From a virus (taxonomy: Duplodnaviria > Caudoviricetes): DNA of 55,743 nucleotides. Positions 6,802 to 15,505 of this stretch are shown piece by piece. The DNA lies in the IMG/VR virus record IMGVR_UViG_3300046167_000092, positions 1 through 55,743 of that record; one strand, given 5' to 3'. The notes under the pieces were generated by a model that had not been told where the DNA came from, searched no databases, and saw nothing but the letters and a program-made list of their open reading frames with translations. Position numbers and translations under genes: made by a program. How positions within the stretch are numbered: the first letter of the stretch is position 1; the number at the start of each line of letters is the position of its first letter.

Positions 6802-8594
6802 TGAAAGAAGGCTACATAAAGAAAAAGAGTGTAACCATTCCTTTTGGTTACAAACTAAGCGAAGTAGAAGGATACTTAGCTCCCATACAAGAAGAACTAG
6901 ATGTTCTTAATAAGTATATAGAGTCTGTAGTAAACGAGGAGTATTCACTCCGTAAAGCAGCAGAACTCATTAAAGAAGAAACAGGTAGAAGTATAACACA
7001 TGTAGGACTATCTAAAATAATAAAGAATACGTATATTCCTGAAAGTGGTAAATATCAATACTCTAAAGAGACTAAAAGAAAACAAAAACTAGCTAGAGAT
7101 AAAAAAGAACTAATCAAAGCTAAAAAGAAAATAGCCTACAAAGAATCTAAACTTAAAACAGAACAAGAGGTTATTAAAAAAGCAACAGAAAAAACTACAG
7201 ATAAGGTAGTTACTACCGACCAATTAGAACAAGTAGCACCAAGCATACAAGAAGTACTTAGAGATTCTAAGGTTGTTTTCCATGCCAATGAAGGACCACA
7301 GACAGACTTTTTAGCTGCTAGTGAGAAAGATGTTCTTTATGGTGGAGCTGCTGGTGGAGGAAAATCCTATGCCATGCTTGTTGACCCATTAAGGTATGCA
7401 CACAAAAAAGCTCATCGTGCATTAATTCTAAGGCGTTCTATGCCGGAACTACGAGAAATGATTGACAAGTCTAGAGAGTTATATCCTCAAGCATTTCCCG
7501 GAGCTAAGTTTAAAGAAGTTGAAAAGCTTTGGAACTTTCCTAGTGGTGCTAAAGTAGAGTTTGGTTTCCTTGAAAGAGATGCAGATGTATACAGATATCA
7601 AGGACAAGCATATAGTTGGATAGGCTTTGATGAGATAACTCACTTACCTACAGAGTTTAGTTGGAACTATCTTGCTTCAAGACTACGTACTACTGACCCT
7701 GAAATACAAACATACCTTAGATGTACTGCTAACCCCGGAGGGGTTGGGTCTCATTGGGTAAAACAAAGATACATAGAACCTAACGAAAACAATAAAAGTT
7801 TTAAAGGTACTGACGGTTTAACACGTAAGTTTATTCCTGCTAAGTTAGCTGATAACCCTTACTTAGATGCTGATGGTGTTTATGAGCAAATGCTTAAGTC
7901 ACTACCTGCTACGCAAAGACAGCAACTCTTAGAAGGTAACTGGGATGTTGCTGAAGGTGCAGCTTTTACAGAGTTTGACCCATTAGCTCATGTTATTACT
8001 CCATTTGCTCTTCCTGTACACTGGGAAAGAGTCAAGGGTATTGACTATGGTTATGCATCAGAATCTTGTTGTTTATGGGGAATAATGGACATAAATGATA
8101 ATACTTTAATAATATATAGAGAATTATACAAAAAAGGCTTGACAGGTGAGGAATTAGCCTCTATAATAACAGATATGGAAACAGAAGACCCTTTCTCAGT
8201 GAGTGGGGTTTTAGATACAGCAGCATGGGCAAATACAGGAACTACTGGTCCTACTGTTGGAGAAAGTTTAGTTAGAGCTGGTCATAAGTTAAGACGAGCT
8301 GATAAGAATAGAATACAAGGTAAAATACAAATACACGAGTATTTAAAGATTAGAGAGAACGGTAGACCTAAGTTACAGATATTTAATACATGTCCTAACT
8401 TAATAAGAGAATTACAGTCAATACCATTATCTAAAACTAATCCTGAAGATGTAGATACACATGCTTCTGACCACGCATATGATGCATTGCGTTATATGAT
8501 AATGAGTAGACCAAGAATGGTAAGCCCGTTAGAACGTATAAGAGGTCTAAAGAGAGAAATGTATAGACCAGTAGACTCAACATTTGGTTATTAA
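6801..8594 (+). CDS. terL: Terminase large subunit with N-terminal extension
   Basis: Walker A YGGAAGGGKS, Walker B IGFDE, CTANPGG motif, RNase H-like GIDYG and DHAYDALRY. Confidence 0.97.
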   Translation: MKEGYIKKKSVTIPFGYKLSEVEGYLAPIQEELDVLNKYIESVVNEEYSLRKAAELIKEETGRSITHVGLSKIIKNTYIPESGKYQYSKETKRKQKLARDKKELIKAKKKIAYKESKLKTEQEVIKKATEKTTDKVVTTDQLEQVAPSIQEVLRDSKVVFHANEGPQTDFLAASEKDVLYGGAAGGGKSYAMLVDPLRYAHKKAHRALILRRSMPELREMIDKSRELYPQAFPGAKFKEVEKLWNFPSGAKVEFGFLERDADVYRYQGQAYSWIGFDEITHLPTEFSWNYLASRLRTTDPEIQTYLRCTANPGGVGSHWVKQRYIEPNENNKSFKGTDGLTRKFIPAKLADNPYLDADGVYEQMLKSLPATQRQQLLEGNWDVAEGAAFTEFDPLAHVITPFALPVHWERVKGIDYGYASESCCLWGIMDINDNTLIIYRELYKKGLTGEELASIITDMETEDPFSVSGVLDTAAWANTGTTGPTVGESLVRAGHKLRRADKNRIQGKIQIHEYLKIRENGRPKLQIFNTCPNLIRELQSIPLSKTNPEDVDTHASDHAYDALRYMIMSRPRMVSPLERIRGLKREMYRPVDSTFGY

Positions 8595-8599
8595 AAAAT

Positions 8600-10777
8600 A
8601 TGGCAGAAGATAAAAATACATTTTTAAACGCTGATAGTATCTACGAAGAAGTTGAAGGAGAGTCTGGAGTTCAATTAACTTTAGAAGAAGACCAACAAAG
8701 AAATCTTATTGGTATTATTAAAGGTCGTTATGCCCAAGCTGAAGAAGCTAGACAAACTGACGAGACTCGTTGGTTAAAAGCTTATGAAAACTACAGAGGT
8801 CTTTATGCTAAAGGCGTTAAGTTTAGAGAATCAGAAAAGTCTAGAGTATTTGTAAAAGTTACTAAAACTAAAGTACTAGCAGCTTTTGGACAACTTGTTG
8901 ATGTTATCTTTGGTACAGGTAAATTCCCTATAGGAATTGCTGAAACTAAAATACCTGAAGGCGAAACAGACTTTGCACATCTTGATACAGCAAATCCTAC
9001 ACCCGGAATAGAAACTACAACAGGCGAAATACCTGATGACATTGGAAATAGAGAACTAGAAAATCCTTATGATGTTGGTTACGAGGGAGATGGTAGAACT
9101 TTAAAACCAGGAGCTACATACTATAATGGTATGTTTGAAGATAGTCTTGAAGACCAAGCAAAAGAAGCTGGTATTCTTAAAGATGGTACAAGTCCTGACC
9201 CACAAAAGATTGAAGTTTCTCCTGCACAAAGAGCTGCAAGAAGAATGGAAAAGCTTATCCACGACCAAATAGAAGAGTCAAACGGAAACGCTGAAATAAG
9301 AAATGCTCTTTTAGAATCTGCTTTACTTGGTACAGGGATTGTAAAAGGACCATTTAACTTTAACAAAAAACTACACAAGTGGGACACAGATGAAGAAGGT
9401 AACAGAACCTATAACCCATTAGAAGTTAGAGTACCTAGAATAGAGTTTGTTAGTTGTTGGGATTTTTATCCTGACCCTAATGCTACTAACATGGATGAAT
9501 GTGAATACATTATTCATAGACACAAAATGAATAGAAGTCAGTTAAGGCAGTTACGTAATATGCCTTACTTTAATGATGACTCAATACGTAGTGCAATACA
9601 AATGGGTGCTAACTACGTAGAGAAAGATTTTGAAAGCCAGTTAAAAGACGATGCTAGAAGTGACGAAGAGATGAACAATAGTTTTGAAGTCTTAGAATAC
9701 TGGGGAATGATGGATGCAGAGTATGCACGAGAAGTAGGTATCGACTTACCCGACAGCGTTGATGACCTAGATGAAGTACAAGTAAATATATGGACATGTG
9801 GTACTTACTTATTAAGAGCTGTACTCAATCCGTTTACTCCATATAGACTACCATACAATGCTTTCCCATATGAAAGAAACCCATATAACTTCTTTGGTAT
9901 TGGCGTAGCAGAGAATATGGATGACTCACAACAAATTATGAATGGTCATGCAAGAATGGCTATAGATAACTTAGCAATGTCAGGTTCTCTAGTGTTTGAT
10001 GTAGATGAGTCTGCTTTAGTTGGTGGACAATCAATGGAAATATATCCGGGTAAAGTCTTTAGAAGACAAGCTGGAATGCCGGGACAAGCTATACATGGTT
10101 TAAAGTTTCCTAATACATCACAAGAAAACTTAATGATGTTTGATAAGTTTAGACAACTTGCAGATGAACAAACAGGTATACCTAGTTATTCACACGGACA
10201 AACAGGTGTTCAAAGTATGACAAGAACTGCTTCAGGTATGTCTATGTTAATGGGAGCATCAAGTTTAAATATTAAAACAGTCATAAAAAACCTTGATGAC
10301 TTTTTATTAAAGCCACTAGGAGAGTCTTACTTCCAGTGGAACATGCAATTCTTAGAGGATGATTTGGATGTCAAAGGTGATTTAGAAGTTAAAGCTACTG
10401 GAACAAATAGCTTGATGCAAAAAGAAGTTAGGAGTCAAAGACTTACTATGTTCTTACAAACTGCACAAAGTCCTGCTATTGCTCCGTTTGTTAAGATTTC
10501 TAAACTCGTAAGTGAACTTGCCTACAGCTTAGACTTAGACCCTGATGAAATACTCAATGACCCTGAAGAAGCAGCTATCATGGCACAAATAATAGGAATG
10601 CAGAATGCTGGACAAACAAATGGCGAGGAATCTCAACCCACTGGTCAACAGCCCCCAATGGGAGGACCTGAAGGAACACCTCAAGAACCTCAAGAGCTTG
10701 GAGCTACAGGCACTGGTGGTGGCAACATCGGAACAGGAAATGTACCGGTTGCAGGGGAAGCTGAATTTACTGGGTAA
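8600..10777 (+). CDS. Portal protein
   Basis: 725 aa after terL; WDFYPDP, FFGIGVAE and RTASGMSML motifs of podovirus portals. Confidence 0.92.
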   Translation: MAEDKNTFLNADSIYEEVEGESGVQLTLEEDQQRNLIGIIKGRYAQAEEARQTDETRWLKAYENYRGLYAKGVKFRESEKSRVFVKVTKTKVLAAFGQLVDVIFGTGKFPIGIAETKIPEGETDFAHLDTANPTPGIETTTGEIPDDIGNRELENPYDVGYEGDGRTLKPGATYYNGMFEDSLEDQAKEAGILKDGTSPDPQKIEVSPAQRAARRMEKLIHDQIEESNGNAEIRNALLESALLGTGIVKGPFNFNKKLHKWDTDEEGNRTYNPLEVRVPRIEFVSCWDFYPDPNATNMDECEYIIHRHKMNRSQLRQLRNMPYFNDDSIRSAIQMGANYVEKDFESQLKDDARSDEEMNNSFEVLEYWGMMDAEYAREVGIDLPDSVDDLDEVQVNIWTCGTYLLRAVLNPFTPYRLPYNAFPYERNPYNFFGIGVAENMDDSQQIMNGHARMAIDNLAMSGSLVFDVDESALVGGQSMEIYPGKVFRRQAGMPGQAIHGLKFPNTSQENLMMFDKFRQLADEQTGIPSYSHGQTGVQSMTRTASGMSMLMGASSLNIKTVIKNLDDFLLKPLGESYFQWNMQFLEDDLDVKGDLEVKATGTNSLMQKEVRSQRLTMFLQTAQSPAIAPFVKISKLVSELAYSLDLDPDEILNDPEEAAIMAQIIGMQNAGQTNGEESQPTGQQPPMGGPEGTPQEPQELGATGTGGGNIGTGNVPVAGEAEFTG

Positions 10778-10835
10778 GTTAGAACAGTTAGACTTACAAG
10801 TTAAAGAAGCAATTAACAGACATAAAGAGGATTAA
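10605..10835 (+). CDS. Small coiled-coil protein overlapping the portal 3' end
   Basis: W...KEHL...EMYRLQGK motif seen in post-portal genes of marine podoviruses. Confidence 0.65.
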   Translation: MLDKQMARNLNPLVNSPQWEDLKEHLKNLKSLELQALVVATSEQEMYRLQGKLNLLGKLEQLDLQVKEAINRHKED

Positions 10836-10840
10836 ATAAT

Positions 10841-11008
10841 ATGTTACAGTTTATAAATGAATTTATAGCACTAATACCTACAATAGTTATGTGTGCATCT
10901 TTAATATGTGCAGCAACGCCTACACCTAAAGATGATGCAGCGTTAGCTAAAGTATACAAATTTTTAGACTGGTGTGCATTAAACATCGGCAAAGCAAAGG
11001 AGAAGTAG
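10841..11008 (+). CDS. Small membrane protein (55 aa, TPTPKDD motif), possibly holin-like
   Basis: Hand translation MLQFINEFIALIPTIVMCASLICAATPTPKDD...; GAGGA SD. Confidence 0.7.
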   Translation: MLQFINEFIALIPTIVMCASLICAATPTPKDDAALAKVYKFLDWCALNIGKAKEK

Positions 11009-11009
11009 A

Positions 11010-12527
11010 ATGCCATACGGAACAGGAACATACGGAAGTAAAGTAGGTAGACCTAAGAAAAAGTCTATGTTATCAGATGACAGAGATTCTTATAGTGCTG
11101 GTGCAATAGTTAAAAAAGGAATTCAAGCTGTTAAAAGAAAGTCAGACATGAAAAATCTTAAAAAAGATATTGCTGAAGGATTAAAACTTGATGATAGTTA
11201 TAACACTCAATTAAAAGAATTAAAAAGTAAAAATGCTTCAGATGCTAAAATTAAAAAAGTAAGAGAAGACATGATATCTAATATAGAAGACGTAGCTCTT
11301 ATGCAAGATATGTTAAAACAATTAGATGAAGGAGTTTCTTCAAAAGGAACTTCAGGTAAGTCTAAGTTTGGTTTAGATGAAGATAGGTCTGAGTTTGCTG
11401 CTGGTGGTATAATAACAAAATTATTTAAACTAGCTAAAAAAGAAAAACCTAAAAAAGTTAAAGAACAAGACATAGATAGAATACTTGATAACTTGTCAGA
11501 CGAACAAATGGAAAAACTATCTCCAATAGAAATAGAGCAATTACTTGATATGGACTTAGCAAAGTCAGGTGTAGATAATATACCTACTAAGTCTACTAAA
11601 AAAGACATTGATAAAATACTGGGTGGTTTAACTGATAAAGAAATGGAAAACTTATCAGACATTGAAATAGAACAACTACTTGATATGGACTTAGAAAAGT
11701 ACGGTAGAAAAGGTAAAATGAAAGGTGGTATTCTTGATGATGAAAGACAAACCTATGGTGCTGGTGCAATAGTTAAAAAACTACTTAAAAGAAAACCTAG
11801 TAAACAAGTTGAAGATATTAAATTTGCAGAAAAAGAATTAGATGGATTAATTGATTTAAGAAATAAACGTAATGCTCAACTTGAAAAAGATTTAAAAGAT
11901 GCTGACCCTAAAAGTCAAATGGGTTTATTAGAAGAGTATAATGATGATTATGATTTAGTTACTCAAAGAATTAATAAATATGTTGATGAACTAGAAGAGT
12001 TAGGCGTAAAACCTTCAAAAAGAAACATACAAGAAAAATCTAGAGTTTCTAAAGCTGACGGTGGTATGCTTCCTGATAATGACATGGAAGAAAACTACAC
12101 AAGATTTATAATGGATGAAGCATTAAGTGAAGAAGAAGAAGATATGCTTGTAACCAAACTAGAACAAGATAAAGAACTACAGATGTTATTTGATAAAGTA
12201 ATAGATGTAGCACAAGAATTTGCTGGGAACGGACCTGTTGAAGGACCGGGAACAGGAGTCTCTGATGACATACCTGCAAGGTTGTCTGATGGGGAATTTG
12301 TTTTCACTGCGAAAGCTGTAGAAGAAATCGGAGAAGACAATTTAATGTCTATGATGAAAGAAGCTGAAGCTGCTGCAGATGGAAGACAAGGTTTTGCTGA
12401 AGGTATGATGGTAAAAGAAAAACCTCAATCAATGTTATCTCAAACTGGTATCGTCCAAGAGGATGAAGCTGATAAAGGAATAACAGAAGACATGAGAAAA
12501 GAAGTTACTAAAAATATCTACAGCTAA
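11010..12527 (+). CDS. Modular head-associated protein with repeated RxxYxxGG-like motifs
   Basis: 505 aa; six motif copies, an internal 35-aa duplication, GPGTGVSDDIPARLSDGEFV domain. Confidence 0.8.
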   Translation: MPYGTGTYGSKVGRPKKKSMLSDDRDSYSAGAIVKKGIQAVKRKSDMKNLKKDIAEGLKLDDSYNTQLKELKSKNASDAKIKKVREDMISNIEDVALMQDMLKQLDEGVSSKGTSGKSKFGLDEDRSEFAAGGIITKLFKLAKKEKPKKVKEQDIDRILDNLSDEQMEKLSPIEIEQLLDMDLAKSGVDNIPTKSTKKDIDKILGGLTDKEMENLSDIEIEQLLDMDLEKYGRKGKMKGGILDDERQTYGAGAIVKKLLKRKPSKQVEDIKFAEKELDGLIDLRNKRNAQLEKDLKDADPKSQMGLLEEYNDDYDLVTQRINKYVDELEELGVKPSKRNIQEKSRVSKADGGMLPDNDMEENYTRFIMDEALSEEEEDMLVTKLEQDKELQMLFDKVIDVAQEFAGNGPVEGPGTGVSDDIPARLSDGEFVFTAKAVEEIGEDNLMSMMKEAEAAADGRQGFAEGMMVKEKPQSMLSQTGIVQEDEADKGITEDMRKEVTKNIYS

Positions 12528-12536
12528 ACAAACTAA

Positions 12537-12655
12537 CGATAAAGCTACCTGAAATAATTAATCAGCCCTTTATCATTTTAATAACCGAAAGGCTACCTTT
12601 ACAAACAAGCCCTCTAGTCGACATAGAGCTACCTTGTGAAACAAGCCCTGAGTAG
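12537..12655 (+). promoter_or_regulatory. Three repeated GCTAC-[hairpin]-CCCT elements in the scaffold 5' UTR
   Basis: gctacCTGA..TCAGccct, gctacCTT..AAGccct, gctacCTTG..CAAGccct. Confidence 0.6.
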
Positions 12656-12666
12656 GAGAATAGAAA

Positions 12667-13539
12667 ATGACTAATACAGTCCAACAGGAAGAACAAGCGA
12701 ATCCTTATAACGCAAAAAAAGAATATCATGTAGAAGATAAACCTTTTACCCCTGCTAATCAATTATATTTTGAAGAGCCTTCTGAAAAGAATAAACTCTT
12801 CGATAGTAATGACATAACTGAAGTTACATCTACAGCCAATGTTAATACTGAAGAACTGGATACTCCTTATAAGAAACCAGACTATAAAAAAAGATATGAT
12901 GATTTAAAAAGGCATTATGATAGTAAACTTAACGAGTTTAAATCTAGAGAACAAGAGTTAATAGAAGAGGCTACTAGTAATAGAACCGAATATAAAGCTC
13001 CTAAATCTGAAGAAGAACTAGAAGAGTTTAAGAATAACTATCCTGATGTTTACGAAGTTGTAGAAACAGTTGCTCATTTACAATCTGAGACTAAAGCAAA
13101 AGTTCTAGAAGAACGCCTTAGTAAACTCCAAGAACGTGAAAACCAACTAGTACGACAAGATGCAGAAAAAAGATTAATGGAAAGACATGCTGATTTTGAA
13201 GATATCAGAAACAGTGATGACTTTCATGAATGGGCAAAGGAACAACATTCATCTATCCAAGCTTGGGTATATGATAATAATGACGATGCTGATTTAGCTT
13301 CACGTGCTTTAGATTTGTTTAAAAGGGATTTTGGAATTGACCTTCCAAAGGCTAAGTCAAATTCTAGACAGACTAGAAAATCTGCTGCTGATATGGTTTC
13401 TACTAAAACAAAAAGTATAGAACCTAATCAACAAAAGGTTTGGTCTGAAAAGGAGATTGCTGCAATGAGTGTTGCTGAATTTGATAAATTTGAAAAAGAA
13501 ATATCAGACGCAATGCAAGAAGGCAGAATCGTAAAATAA
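12667..13539 (+). CDS. Capsid scaffolding protein
   Basis: Acidic coiled coil, YKKRYDDLKRH, C-terminal EI..AMQEGRI; directly before the MCP. Confidence 0.85.
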   Translation: MTNTVQQEEQANPYNAKKEYHVEDKPFTPANQLYFEEPSEKNKLFDSNDITEVTSTANVNTEELDTPYKKPDYKKRYDDLKRHYDSKLNEFKSREQELIEEATSNRTEYKAPKSEEELEEFKNNYPDVYEVVETVAHLQSETKAKVLEERLSKLQERENQLVRQDAEKRLMERHADFEDIRNSDDFHEWAKEQHSSIQAWVYDNNDDADLASRALDLFKRDFGIDLPKAKSNSRQTRKSAADMVSTKTKSIEPNQQKVWSEKEIAAMSVAEFDKFEKEISDAMQEGRIVK

Positions 13540-13565
13540 CTATTATAACTTAAAGGAAAAATATC

Positions 13566-14540
13566 ATGGCTCAATTTTTTGAACCCTCAACTGATACTAA
13601 TGCAAACTTTGCAAACTCCGTAAGTGGACAAACTAATAGTTTCTTCCTACCTTCCATATACTCTAAGAAAGTTTTAAACTTCTTTAGAAAGGCAAGTGTA
13701 GTTGAAGCTATTACTAACACCGACTATGCCGGTGAGATATCTGCTTTTGGAGACTCTGTAAAAATCATTGGTGAACCAGTAATCTCTGTATCTGACTATA
13801 CAAGAGGTTCTGACACAACTGCAACTAAACTAACTGATGCTGAAACAACTCTTGTTGTTGATAGTGCTAAAGCTTTTAAATTCATCGTAGATGATATTGA
13901 AACTAAAATGTCACATGTCAACTTCAAAGAAGTAGCTTCATCATCTGCTGCGTATGCTCTTAAAGATGCTTATGACGCTGCTGTTCTAGCAACTATGTTT
14001 GCTGGATGTTCAGCTTCATCACCTGACCACATTATTGGTTCAGACAGTGCAACTGCTGATGCAACTTTATCACACGCAACTAACTCTGTAGACCTATTAG
14101 GTTCAGACGGAACTGGTGTAGATGCAATTGACCTTATGGCAAGATTTGCTAAACTATTAGACGAACAGAATGTACCTGAAGAAGGTAGATGGTTCGTAGC
14201 TCCTCCTTCATTCTATGAAGAATTAGCTAAAGCTGACTCTAAGTTAATGTCTGTTGACTTTAACGCTGGACAAGGCTCTATCAGAAATGGTTTAGTATCA
14301 AGTGGTAAACTAAGAGGATTTGACATGTACAAATCTAACAATGTTGCTGCTACATCTAATGCTACTGGTAAATGTATGGCTGGTCACATTTCATCAACTG
14401 CTACTGCTAATACTATTCTTTCAACTGAAGTGTTGAGAGACCCATCATCATTTGGTGATATAGTAAGAGGCTTACATGTCTATGGTGCGAAAGTACTTAG
14501 AGATGACGCTTTATGTAGTGCATTCTATGTAATTGACTAA
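13566..14540 (+). CDS. Major capsid protein (HK97 fold)
   Basis: FLPSIYSKKV, GEISAFGDSVKI, VPEEGRW and FGDIVRGLHVYGAKVLR motifs; followed by a terminator. Confidence 0.93.
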   Translation: MAQFFEPSTDTNANFANSVSGQTNSFFLPSIYSKKVLNFFRKASVVEAITNTDYAGEISAFGDSVKIIGEPVISVSDYTRGSDTTATKLTDAETTLVVDSAKAFKFIVDDIETKMSHVNFKEVASSSAAYALKDAYDAAVLATMFAGCSASSPDHIIGSDSATADATLSHATNSVDLLGSDGTGVDAIDLMARFAKLLDEQNVPEEGRWFVAPPSFYEELAKADSKLMSVDFNAGQGSIRNGLVSSGKLRGFDMYKSNNVAATSNATGKCMAGHISSTATANTILSTEVLRDPSSFGDIVRGLHVYGAKVLRDDALCSAFYVID

Positions 14541-14549
14541 TTGTCACTT

Positions 14550-14579
14550 GGGGGAGGCTTCGGTCTCCTCCTTTTTTTT
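14550..14579 (+). terminator. Intrinsic terminator after MCP
   Basis: ggggaggc-ttcg-gtctcctc followed by a T run. Confidence 0.9.
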
Positions 14580-14588
14580 AGGAATACT

Positions 14589-14735
14589 ATGAAAATTAAA
14601 GCACCAAAAGGACACCATTGGATGAAACAAAAAAATGGTACGTTTAAATTAATGAAACACACAGGTAAGTTTGTAAAACACAAAGGTGCAAGTTTAGAAG
14701 CAAACTTTCCAATTCAAAAGGTTCATAAAAAATAA
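14589..14735 (+). CDS. Small basic protein
   Basis: MKIKAPKGHHWMK...; AGGA SD; abuts the next gene. Confidence 0.65.
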   Translation: MKIKAPKGHHWMKQKNGTFKLMKHTGKFVKHKGASLEANFPIQKVHKK

Positions 14736-15502
14736 TGGCTACAACATATCTTGACATAACTAATGAAGTATTAAGAGAACTCAATGAAGTTCCATTGACT
14801 GCTGCAAACTTTACAAACGCTACAGGTATTCAGAAGTTTGTTAAAGATAGTATCAATAAATCTATATTTGATATAGCTAACGAAGAACCACAATTACCTT
14901 TCTTTTCTGCAGGAGTAAGTGGAGGCACAGACCCTTTTTATGGTAACGTAACAGTTGCTACCGTTGCAGGACAAAGATGGTACACATTAAAGTCTGATAG
15001 TTCTAGTATTACTACAGACTACTCATCAATAGATTGGGATGACTTTTATGTTACAACAATCAACGTAAGTGGAGAAACAACACCTTATGTCTCTAAAGGT
15101 TTAAAGTTTCTTACGAATACAGACTGGACAAGATACTACAGAGACAGTGAGAATGCAGATGATGCAGATACTCAAAACCACGGAGAGCCTAGATTTGTTA
15201 TCAAGTCTCCTGACAATAGAAAGTTTGGATTAAGTCCAATACCTGATAAGGTTTATAATATACACTTTTATGCTTTTGTAAGACCGACTGCGTTATCAGC
15301 ATATGATGACACAATCACTTTACCAGAGCAGTACAGTAATATAATAACAGCTAGAAGTCGTTATTACATTTGGCAGTTTAAAGAAAGCCCACAACAAGCA
15401 GCTTTCGCATTGGATGATTATAAAAAAGGTATGAAGTATATGAAATCAAACCTAATGAATCCAGCTCCAAAGTATATGACAGACGATAGAACTTACTTTT
15501 AA
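14735..15502 (+). CDS. Tail adaptor (tail tubular protein A-like)
   Basis: TYLDITNEVLRELNE start, position after MCP. Confidence 0.75.
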   Translation: MATTYLDITNEVLRELNEVPLTAANFTNATGIQKFVKDSINKSIFDIANEEPQLPFFSAGVSGGTDPFYGNVTVATVAGQRWYTLKSDSSSITTDYSSIDWDDFYVTTINVSGETTPYVSKGLKFLTNTDWTRYYRDSENADDADTQNHGEPRFVIKSPDNRKFGLSPIPDKVYNIHFYAFVRPTALSAYDDTITLPEQYSNIITARSRYYIWQFKESPQQAAFALDDYKKGMKYMKSNLMNPAPKYMTDDRTYF

Positions 15503-15505
15503 AAT

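Noticed and set aside
6801-7050. Serine integrase indicating a temperate lifestyle
   Set aside because: Only a DNA-binding-like fragment fused to TerL; no catalytic domain, att site or repressor was seen.
12537-12655. Mini CRISPR array
   Set aside because: The repeats are only 5-6 nt pieces around short hairpins, with no constant 25-40 bp repeat and no cas genes.
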